From Pavona decussata (taxonomy: Eukaryota): DNA of 64,000 bases. The notes beneath the pieces were generated by a model that was not told the origin of the DNA, made no database searches, and saw nothing but the letters and a program-made list of their open reading frames with translations. The stretch is from contig CDRNST010000104.1 in NCBI GenBank assembly GCA_977016875.1, forward strand, positions 3,286,001-3,350,000. The letters are read 5' to 3'. Made by a program: the position numbers and the translations under genes. Below are positions 39,857 through 51,144 of this stretch, piece by piece. Positions within the stretch are counted from its first letter, which is position 1; each line of letters opens with the position of its first letter.

Positions 39857-40420
39857 CAAGGGTCCGAATTTCGGACCCCTAGACTTAAAGTAAATTGTTT
39901 TGAAAAACGCATTTTCTGCGGATTTAGTTGAACCAAGGGTCCGAATTTCGGACCCCTAGACTTAAAGTAAATTGTTTTGAAAAACGCATTTTCTGCGGAT
40001 TTAGTTGAATCAAGGGTCCGAATTTCGGACCCCTAGACTGAAAGTGAAGAATTTTTAACAACGCATTTTCTGCGGATTTAGTTGAGCCAAGGGTCCGAAT
40101 TTCGAACCCCTGGAATTAAAATGAATTATTTTTAAAAACGCATTTTCTGCGGATTTAGTTGAACCAAGGGTCCGAATTTCGGACCCCTGGAATTAAAGTG
40201 AATTATTTTTAAAAACGCATTTTCTGCGGATTTAGTTGAACCAAGGGTCCGAGTTTCGGACCCCTGGAATTAAAGTGAATTATTTTTAAAAACGCACTTT
40301 CTGCGGATTTAGTTGAGCCAAGGGTCCGAATTTCGGACCCCTGGAATTAAAGTGAATTATTTTTAAAAACGCACTTTCTGCGGATTTAGTTGAACCAAGG
40401 GTCCGAATTTCGGACCCCTT
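39857..40420. repeat. Right subterminal array: 8 units, 77-bp period, hairpin CAAGGGTCCGAATTTCGGACCCC (inverted relative to the left array)
   Basis: Units at 39857, 39934, 40011, 40088, 40165, 40242, 40319 and 40396. Confidence 0.92.
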
Positions 40421-41067
40421 GATTTAGACAAATAAGACTTAAGATTACTTAAATGGCTAATTTGTGAGGACAATAAAAATCACTCCGCTGAAAAGAAGTT
40501 TTCTTGATGTGTTAACTTTTTACTCCGTAGGAATCGACAAAAACTTAACTTTAAAAATTCATCTCCGCACAAATAGCATAAAAATGACACTTTCTTTGGA
40601 AAATTGAAACTTTGGAAAAACTGAAAATAGTTTGGAAAGCGTTCAAACGCTTTCCAAACTATTTTCAGTTTTTCCAAAATCTGTAATTCCGCTAGAAAAT
40701 AAGATTAATAACCTTTTTTGCGTAATCATTCCGCAAAAACTGTATATCTTGATAGAAAAATTCGTGAAGCCATTAATATGTCGCAAAAAGTAACGTTATC
40801 TGACGTTTTTGGTGAAAACTAAACACTAAAAGTGACTTTCAAATTTTCTTATTTCTGAGGACGGCAGTTTTTTTACAAATTTGTCTCTATTGAATTTGTT
40901 AAAACTTGCGGATAGCGAAAAAATGTAATTTTAAGGTATGAAAAGTTCTTCTCTTTTAGCGGATGAGGAAATTCGTTCCTCAGAAACTGATATAATAGGT
41001 GATTAATCAGACGTTACCTTTCAACCATAAAAAAGGCATTGCCACATGCATAATTTTTCATGCATCA

Positions 41068-41654
41068 AAACCAAGGGTCCGAAATTCGGACCCTTGGTTT
41101 CGACTCCGCTAAAATCATCAAAAAACAAAATGCTGAATTTATTCAGAAACCAAGGGTCCAAAATTCGGACCCTTGGTTTCGACTCCGCTATTAAAAATCA
41201 TCAAAAAACACCATGCTAAATTTATGTAGAAACCAAGGGTCCGAAATTCGGACCCTTGGTTTCGACTCCGCTAAAATCAGCAAAAAAACACCATGCTAAA
41301 TTTATGTAGAAACCAAGGGACCGAAATTCGGACCCTTGGTTTCGACTCCGCTAAAATCATCAAAAAACACCATGCTGATTTCATTCAGAAACCAAGGGTC
41401 CGAAATTCGGACCCTTGGATTTGACTCCGCTAAAATCATCAAAAAAAAAAAAAAAAAACCATGCTGAATTCATTCAGAAACCAAGGGTCCGAAATTCGGA
41501 CCCTCGGATTTGACTCCGCCGGCTAAAATCATCAAAAACACCATGCTGAATTTATTCAGAAACCAAGGGTCTGAAATTCGGACCCTTGGTTTTGACTCCG
41601 CTAAAAATCAAAAAACACCATGCTTAATTTATTTTGGAAAGCAAGGGTCCACAA
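41068..41654. repeat. Left subterminal hairpin array, copy 2
   Basis: Same as 30344-30930. Confidence 0.9.
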
Positions 41655-41876
41655 ATGTGGAAATACATTAATTTAGAAAGCCGTATTGCTAAATTTGGAC
41701 CCTCGCATGTGACTTGCCTATCAATTCACTAAATACAGGGTGCCTTTTGATTAACGTTATTTGCCATATGATGCAGAATGCCCACTGATTGTTAGATAAT
41801 TTACTTTCATGAGAATACTAATTCAAATGTCATCAATAATGCAAAATGTGCTAAGTTCCAATAGAATTAGATTTAA

Positions 41877-42794
41877 TCACTGTGTCCCTGTTAGGTTCTC
41901 CTCTCTAGTCTTGTACGCTTTCCTTAAAAAGGCTTTAGTTCCTGGTAACAATTTGGAATTTTCGTCCAGTGAAAATCCAAAGCACTTGATACAGGTTTTT
42001 GGCAGTTGCTGCGTCCAGAGCTGGTTCTCATTAGACCCTCTGCGTGCAGGAAGTGTGTGTGGCCGCCATTCCTTATTATAAGAGCCCCTCCAGTAACAGA
42101 TAACGAACCCATCCTCGTTAACTTCAAAAACCTTTCCAATAACTGGATGCTTGTGATAATTTTCGAGTTCCACTGCAACAAAATCTCCTTCTTGCAGTAG
42201 GTCTACATCGACGTTTTCTTGGACATCTTGTGCTCGCCTGGCAGGGTTCAGTTCTGTAAGGGCCTGTGTAAATCTGCCAGCGGTAAAGTAAGAGGAAGTG
42301 AAGTTTACATCTTATTTTATCATTTTTTTTAGTAATAAAAATGTACAGCAACATGATTATTAGACAAAAATCGTTACTTGCAGTCAACGCCATAAATAAA
42401 TTTGTCTCAATATTTTGCCTCTATAACATTGACACGTTATTTAAATTTACCGAGGTAGGTGGTTTTTTTTTATTCTTTTATTTTTGCTTTCTTTTCTATT
42501 GCTGTTCCCCTTTCCCATTGAGCGAGTTAGAACGTAATTCTTCTCCCTGCTTATATCGTATTCTGTGGGTTTTATAAGAGCCGCTACAGAGAGAACACAC
42601 AGTACGGTTGTTTCGCTTTTCACGTCACGGAAAACGGAATTTAAGAGAAAAGTGATATCGTGCTTAGAATGTTTAGACTCAATTATTATTGATTATGAAT
42701 GATATCTACCTCTTCAAGAGGTGCAGTCTCCTTCTCTCGCAGCTGGGAAATATCATGGCATAATGGGGTTGACAGGCCTACGCGACTCTCATGC
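41877..42794 (-). pseudogene. Probable transposase 3' remnant, copy 2
   Basis: Same as 31153-32070. Confidence 0.55.
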
Positions 42795-45398
42795 ATGTGC
42801 GTGTTTAGCCTAAATAAGAGTTTTTCCCTCACGGGTTATGTCTTCCAAAGAATACCCTTTTCTCTATGAAAAGAGCGGTGCTTCCGCTAAAATTTTCTTT
42901 CAGCGCTGGATTTTCTTCTTATTAAATGCCATCTATGATTTGGAGGATTTGCGCGATGAACACTGAGCAAAGCCATGTGTTTAACTGTCGCATGTGTTAT
43001 AATTGATCTCAAAGGTCATTTTGACCTCTTGTTGTTACGTTTCCGTTTAGCGACTGTCGTTCTTATGCCTTTGTGGCATTTAGTTTAGGCTTGGTATGGC
43101 TCATTTCAGTGCGTCTGGTGACAGTATAGCCTCTCTTTTTGTCGTTGTAAGGATAGGATTTGAACCGTGTAATAACTATACATTATCTTGCAGCTTTTGT
43201 CAGATTACCGGGCCCGGCTATTTGCTTTTGTTGCAAGATGCTGTGCTTCTTATCACGGTTATTTGTGCTTATAGAGCTGGCTATCCAACTAAACCAAGAA
43301 TTTTGAAATAAAATGAATTGCCGAATTTTTAGCGCTGTTTTCTCGAATAATTTTTTTTCACTTGGAGGAGCCACTTCAAATTTGTTCGTTTGCCTTAAAA
43401 AAAATTTGGACAGTGGCTAGTGTAAACAACAAAAACGTGTCTGCGAATTTTTTCATTCGAAATATTTTTTCTCCGAGAGAGATTTTTGTACGATTACTCC
43501 ACATTTTTTTCATCCTATTTCGAAAATGCTCTATAACTTTTCACTGCGATTGAATATGGCAAAACGCAGACACGTTTTTTTTAGCGCTTTGGGTCCGGAA
43601 ACTGAGGAGCAAATTTTAAAAATTAGCAAAAAACAAAATTCACTTTGACTTGTAGATTTAAAAAAGGTGATTCGGACGCTCGCAATTAGAGGTCGTGAAA
43701 AATTCGACAATTCATTTTATTTCAAAGTTCTTGGTATAGTTTGATAGCCAGGTCTATAAGCTTTAATTTGATATGGGGGTTTAGGTATCTACAGTTTAAA
43801 CTGGACGCGCTAGATTGCTTAAACGCGAAACACCTCTGAAGGTACCGGGTAACCTTAGTAGTAACAATTATAGACTTATCATTCTTGCTAACACACACAG
43901 ATAATGTTTTTGTTTGTTGTTTGAAATGTTGGTGGCCAAGTCATTAAATAAGGTAGGGAGGATTCCGAGCGGTAATTGTAAAAGATGTTGTTGTTTCCTG
44001 CCGCAATAAACTTTGGCGGCGCGGAAAACAACTAACGGAAAACCACCGGCGTTTGCGGCGGGCTATTTGAATAGCTGCCCTAATTAATTTTATCTGTTAG
44101 AATTCTTGCCAAATATTCTTAAGCTCTCCCTTTGTCGTCAAATCAGTTATTATCATAGACTGTTTTTTTTTTGTCATACAATCGAGTGCCTCGATTCATT
44201 TATTGATAAAAGAGGCTAATCATGAAATAAACGACATATTTTGCCAGACAGAGGCAGCAAGCGCTGACTGATCAGCAGTTATCAAATTTAAACGGTGCGA
44301 GTGTACATTATACTCAAACACGGAAAGGCCTGCAGTAAACTCAAAATGAGCACAGTTTTGCTATTCTCGTAGATGACGGCCACGCCGGCTACTCAATTTT
44401 GTTAAATTAAAGTACTGATACGCGCTTGTAACACCATCTTGAAGAAATCAGGAGCGATTTCCTACCAGAAGTTTAATTACGTTCAGGATGAGAGATAGTT
44501 AGCCAGGGCAGAGTTACTCTTGTTTCCTTTATTTGTTTTTGTTTTTGTTTTTTTGTTTGTTTTTTTTTCCCCTCTTTGCGTCTTTCACTATACTTCTAGA
44601 GCGATTCGTACATAGCTTCTGTTTATTGTTTTCTCTTAAGCAGTTATTGTTTGCGTCAACATGAATCCTGAATCGCTATACTGAGCAAAACTAGAGAAAT
44701 ATGATTTTACCAACTCACACGTACGAGAAGAACTCAGTTTTCCTTGATCCCCGCTATTACTATCATCAAACCCAATTGCGTGCTCGCTCCCTAACAAAAA
44801 AAAAATGAATAAAAAAAGGAAAAAAAAATCAAATTAATGAAATGAAACAGTTACAAGAATAAAGCTCAACGTATTTAAAATTTTCTACAGAGTGTATACA
44901 AATACTTCATCCTGGATTTGAAGCACTCGACATGAAACATGCTAAGAGTGAACATGATTAAATAAAAGAAAGATCCTATTAATTCAATTTATTCTTTCAT
45001 CTGCAGTTTAAATATATGTTTTATATATTCATTTTCCTTTATTCATACTTCAAGTTTTTATTAAGAAATCTGCAGCTCCCAGATGGCTTGACAGCTCAGT
45101 TGGTAGAGCATTGGGAGGGTCTTCTATTTAATCTGTCATCCGCAGTTCAAATTTATGTTCCATATATTCATAATGAGTAAAAACGATGTACGATGGAGGT
45201 GCAGAACTGGTTTTATCTTATAATATATTTTTATAGGATAATTTCTTTTATTCCATACAAACTAGCGTTTTGAGGTATAAAAAGAGTACTCTATAAAGAT
45301 AGCCGGGACAGAGAATAGAAAACTCACTTATTCCGTAATGTGGAAACAAATTTAATGAACTTCATGACAGACTATAGAGACAAATGCAAAACACATAC

Positions 45399-46638
45399 CG
45401 GGATATGATGATGACCTGGAGGAGTCACTGGCGTCATCAAATCCTATTGCATGCATTTCTGCTACAGAACAAATATTTCAGTAACAAATTCATTGAAAAA
45501 AACTCAAGAATTTATTTGTACTGACGTTAGTCCTGTTTTAAATTAAAGCTTTACTATGAACACAAACCACGCGAATGCGTAATTGTATAATTTGAAATTT
45601 CAAAAATGCGGTGCCAATCTCCTGCTCCGCACGCATGTTACACTCAAAGAACTGTTTATCGTTTGTGTCAAATAGAAATAAATTTTGCGAGACAACTCAA
45701 GGCATAAATCCTAATCCAATCATGGTCTACAGTGCTTTTAACTCCCTCAAAAAATAAATAAAATAAAATAAAGTAAAAAATGGAAGGGTATATATACCGG
45801 ACTGTGTATTTGGTATTGATGAGTCCCGGCTGGAGTCATCGAACCCAATGGCATACTCATTTTCTGAAATAAACAACTGCACTTTAGTTTAAGGGTAACT
45901 CAAGACGATTCAAGACTATCCTCTTTTAAAACTGAAATGAATACACTGTTTTGTTTAGTAAGTAAACAACATTTTAATTTTGACCAAATGTTTTGAAAAT
46001 GAACGCATTGAATACGAATAAAATAATATACTCGGAAAATTTTAAGGCTAACAATAAGCCAAATGAAGGTTATCGTGGTCAAGCCCGCATAGATTTATTG
46101 AAATACCGTACTATAGCAGGTAAGAGAACTTTACAGGCTCAAATTGCCCCAAAAATATTTAAATAAGAATTAGAAGCGCTCAGCCTTAGGCCCAAAATTA
46201 GGCGTTCTTACAAACAAAAAAAGAGTGTATTATAGTTACAGCATTAAATGAAAGGACAAAGATCACGATGCTACATAGTTACCAGATTTAACAGGAGAGC
46301 ACGTTTTACTGGTTCCTTCTAATCCAACGGCACATATATCCTCTAAAATTGAAGTCAGTGTCAAGAACAAATTTTGATGTGAGAACATAGTTGTACGTTA
46401 ATTAAGAGAATTCAAAGCGTTCTTGTCCCAATATAAGAAAACTTAAGCCAACAAGAAGTCATCAGATTAATAATGATTGAACCTTACCGTCGTCTTGAAA
46501 GAAAGTGCTACTTTCCACATTCAAGCATCTTCTGAAAGAGCAAGTAGCTGTTTCTGGAGCTTCTCTAATTCCCTTATTCACTGGCTCTTCCTTGAAAGGA
46601 GACGGGAAAGAACTTCTCGTATCCGAGTCTTCATCCAT
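45399..46638 (-). CDS. Micro-exon gene, copy 2
   Basis: Same as 34675-35914. Confidence 0.6.
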
Positions 46639-47129
46639 GATGAAAAGAAGCTGCCGCGTGGACCTCTAATAAGTCATTTTGTTGAGCAGCCGTTTTGGCA
46701 GCAAACTGTAACTGCTTTTTTGGTATTCAACAAACGTAAATTTGGTTACTCTTTTTCCGGCCACATCCGGTAGCACTGCGCCCGCGGGCCTTACAGAAAG
46801 GCTCGGTTGTCAATAATCCTGCCGCGAATAGCGACCGCATTCGCTTCCGTTCAGTGCTCTAGAAAAAGATAAAGACTGCTGCGGTCAACTGAAACCACGA
46901 CAAAAAAGAAAAAAATGTTTGTGGCAAACGTGTTATGTCAAGATATAAAAGCATGAGGTTCCTGAACTTTTGTCCATTGGCCACCGCCCAATTTAGTGTA
47001 GAGCATTTTTGATCGACGGCCAAGTTAATTTGCAGATCCTACCCCCGGTTGACGAAACTGAGATCAGTATAGCTCGACAACACTTCATTCGCGATCGGTT
47101 AGCAGAAGATCACAAAAACGAGAATAACA

Positions 47130-50100
47130 ATGCCCGAAACTTCAGTATGGTCCGATCGAAGGAGAAGATGTTTTTATTTACCTCGGTAAAGATAGACTGA
47201 AGTTGCAACAAGTTTATGGGAAAGTCTTGAGTGTTGAGAAATCCACATATAAGGGAGCGACTACCTTACAGGTAAGGACCTACCTCTTTCAGTTATATGG
47301 CAGTAATTATTCAACTGCATGCTCCTTGTCTCATGTTTGCAATTTTTTGACAAAAGTAAGAGCCTATGTGATTTGTGTTTTGTAGTTCCGTTTTGAGCCA
47401 TGCCCAAAAGGATCTCATACAAAGTGCCATTTGAAACTTAAATATTTCAACCGCCATAACAGCGATGGAAATTTCAAGAAAATAGTAAAGGAGACCAGTC
47501 ATGACGAATGGGTATTGCGATTCAATCAGGAAATCGAAAGGTTGAACTCCGTGAGCCGTACCGCTACCACTGCTGTAAATCAAGTTATCCAAAAACGAGA
47601 GAGGTCTCCATGAGCGCACGCGGCTGCGAAGATAATGAAGGTGACACTTCGTTGAACACATCTTCGGACAGAAGTTTAAGTTTACGTGAAAGCACCGATC
47701 TGGAAATCACCCACATAACAGGAGAGGCCAGCTTATCAGGTATGAAAACAAAAATATTATTAAGAACATCAAGAAGGCGAAACCCTTCCCATTTCTATCG
47801 GAATTACAAAGTGACATCATTATTTTAATCTTCGAGACAGTATAGTGCCATATAAAATAAAAATAACGGGACTTTTTGATCACATTTAAGATGCTATTAA
47901 CAATTATTTAGAAAGACTTAGCAAAGGCTCTGAAAGAAGTCAAATTTCTGGATGTTTTGCGTTGCTGCCATGGAACTACACCGAGTGAAATTTTTCTGTG
48001 TTCACACGAAAGAATCGGAGGCATCTTAAAAATGTGTTATCTGTTATAACAGATAACTCCTATCCTGTCAGATGACTGATGAACAGTCTAAACGAAATCC
48101 AGGCTGAAAATTTGAAAGTTAACGTCACGGCTATTAGGCTACTGGTTGCGAAAATGGAATGTGGGGGAAAAATGGAAAAGTTGCGAATACATCAAACAAG
48201 TCAAAGAAATTTCGCTCGATTGTATAGTTCAGTTTGTCCTCGGCTATACAACAGGAAAAAATTGCTTTCCACGGACTTTTTTTTTATTTTGTTTAATGAT
48301 TTTGGCACATGTCTGTTATGGAGTTATCCGGCAGGGAACACTAGCCAGCCAATTAACTGCTTTCTTGCTGTTAGAAAAAGAAGGGGGGCACCGCCTTTTC
48401 GATACTCGTTCTTTTTGAATGAAGACGTAGCGCTTCCTTTTGATCGAAAAAAAAAAATGGTCGTTTTGGTAGGACAACAAATGGTGCAACAGTCCTTCCG
48501 GTTTCCTTTCCACTGGATTTTTTTGTGAAAAAAAAGGAATAATTGCAAACGGATTCCTCTTTCTCGTTCTTGCCGAAATAAACGGAATATCACCGAACCA
48601 TTTGCCTCATCACACTTACGTACCATGCTCCTTGGTGAGTTACGCGCTTTTTTCCCAAAATTTCCAGTGGAAAGAACCGTTCCATTTGATTCCCCAACGG
48701 AACTACTGTTTTTTTTCATATAAAATGAAAAGCACTTGAGAATTGTACTGTTACATTTGGCGGAAATTAAATTTTCACCGGTTATTCCTTGCAAATAGAG
48801 AGCGCTCACGGGAAATGTACGATAAAACATAGTTGCTGTAAACCTGGTTTAAAGGGCGCAAAACATAGGGGTGAGCGGTCTCTTCTCGACTGATTTGTCA
48901 CATTTGCAATCAAAATCCTTTACTTTTAGTGGAGAACAGTAATTACAGTCATTTCCTGTACTTTAATATGTGGTCAACCAAGGTTAATGAGGTAAAAAAA
49001 AAAAAAGCCGAAAAGCCAGCAGCCAGACCCGAAGAACAAATTGGATAAAAGATAATTTAGATGTTAACATGAGTTTGGTTAGTCTCCCACGCGACTGGGA
49101 ATTTGTCTCGATGAACGTTGGGTGACGAGACAAAGAACTGCAACGTGGGAGACAAGGGAATAGTTTTGCAGTAAACATAGATGTCGAATGGGTTGAACTG
49201 GCTTTGCCTTATAAGTTTGCAAACAAAACGCATCCTGTAAATCAGACATGATCCTAGAGATGACTACTTACACAGGAAATTTCTTATCTCTTTTAGCCGA
49301 TCACACCAGCTGCGGTGGAAATGAAGATCCTCTCGCCTGTTCTTCTCCAGTGGCAACTGCGCAGACAAGTCGTAAAAGAAAAACTCTCGAAATCTCGCCA
49401 ATACACCGTATTCCGAGTAAACGAAGAGATAAAGCGAGCGACAGCGAAGAAGAAGCCACTAGCGATGGACAGTTCGCTGAAATGCAGAAAAGATGTGAAG
49501 AATGTCGAGTCGAGGGTAAATAAATTTCACTGTTACTGTCAACCTTTGCGTGCCTGAAGTAAAAAAAATCAAGAAAATAAAAATGCTTATAGCCGAACAC
49601 AACACAGCAAGCCTTTTAAACGGCAACGTATACTCCGGAAAAGCTAGGCTTGACTCTACATTATGCGAGCAGTTTTAGTGTCGAGGCAGAAGCATAAAGC
49701 ATTTAACGAGGCATTTCTCCGACAAAAATATTTGTTAGTGACTTTTGTAATAGACCGATCTTTTTAATGAGAATGAAAAGCACAATGTGTAAAAGCCTCA
49801 GTAGAAACAGGCTTGTTTTAATAGTTCTAACAGTTTTAATATTTCATTTCAGGAATTCATTTCTTACTAATAGAAAAGCTGCAAACCCCGAGAGATGAAA
49901 TCCTCATTAGGAAAATTGATTCAATTTTCCTAGAAAAGCTCCAGAAGGACATGGAAATGGAACCTGAAGTACGAGTGGATCGTCAACCATTTTAGTCGCT
50001 CTGGTGATTATGTGGTAGATCTTTTTTCGCATAATGCGGCTGCAATAGTTGCAACTATGCAGAGTGGCAGAAATGGCTTATATTTCGGTAAAGAGGAGGT

Positions 50101-50197
50101 GCAGGAAAACGTAAAATTCCACCTGGCTTCCAAAGTCCAGCCTCGTAAAGCCCAGGAAGGAAAAAATAAACCCGGTTCCTCTACGAGAAACTCATAA
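47130..50197 (+). pseudogene. ParB-like/methyltransferase-like decayed gene, copy 2
   Basis: Same as 36406-39473. Confidence 0.6.
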
Positions 50198-50580
50198 ACA
50201 GCATTAGAATTTTTTATAGACGCCGGTGGTACAAAGGGTGAATATATAAGGGTGGTCTGTTTGATAAATTATTATCGATTGAAGTACGCAAATCATTTTG
50301 ATAGAAATTTTTTTGTAATTAAATGACTTATCCTTATTCATCCTTTGAACAACTGGAAACAGTTTTTTTCCCTTAAAGAGTAGAGTTATTAAATGTTGCA
50401 GAATCACCTCTTATAAATAGTGTGTCAAGTAACCCTGCAATTTTGTTGACGGATAGCACTGAACTCACTTTTCATCGTAAGCACAAGTCATTTAAAAGAG
50501 ATTTGAGGTTTGGCTTAAGGCAATTGTTCTATCTTCGGAGTTGAAGCGTTTTGTTTTTACAATAGATTTTTTAATCGAAG

Positions 50581-51144
50581 CAAGGGTCCGAATTTCGGAC
50601 CCCTAGACTTAAAGTAAATTGTTTTGAAAAACGCATTTTCTGCGGATTTAGTTGAACCAAGGGTCCGAATTTCGGACCCCTAGACTTAAAGTAAATTGTT
50701 TTGAAAAACGCATTTTCTGCGGATTTAGTTGAATCAAGGGTCCGAATTTCGGACCCCTAGACTGAAAGTGAAGAATTTTTAACAACGCATTTTCTGCGGA
50801 TTTAGTTGAGCCAAGGGTCCGAATTTCGAACCCCTGGAATTAAAATGAATTATTTTTAAAAACGCATTTTCTGCGGATTTAGTTGAACCAAGGGTCCGAA
50901 TTTCGGACCCCTGGAATTAAAGTGAATTATTTTTAAAAACGCATTTTCTGCGGATTTAGTTGAACCAAGGGTCCGAGTTTCGGACCCCTGGAATTAAAGT
51001 GAATTATTTTTAAAAACGCACTTTCTGCGGATTTAGTTGAGCCAAGGGTCCGAATTTCGGACCCCTGGAATTAAAGTGAATTATTTTTAAAAACGCACTT
51101 TCTGCGGATTTAGTTGAACCAAGGGTCCGAATTTCGGACCCCTT
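50581..51144. repeat. Right subterminal hairpin array, copy 2
   Basis: Same as 39857-40420. Confidence 0.9.

Larger units (their letters stand above)
29922..40643. mobile_element. 10,722-bp TIR DNA transposon, copy 1 (non-autonomous)
   Basis: Perfect 33-bp TIR AACGCTTTCCAAACTATTTTCAGTTTTTCCAAA. CCCA at 29918-29921 is repeated at 51368-51371. Subterminal arrays at both ends. Confidence 0.9.

Noticed and set aside
30344-51144. CRISPR-like arrays of palindromic repeats
   Set aside because: The intervening sequences are near-identical rather than unique spacers, there are no cas genes, the context is eukaryotic, and the arrays are subterminal to TIRs.
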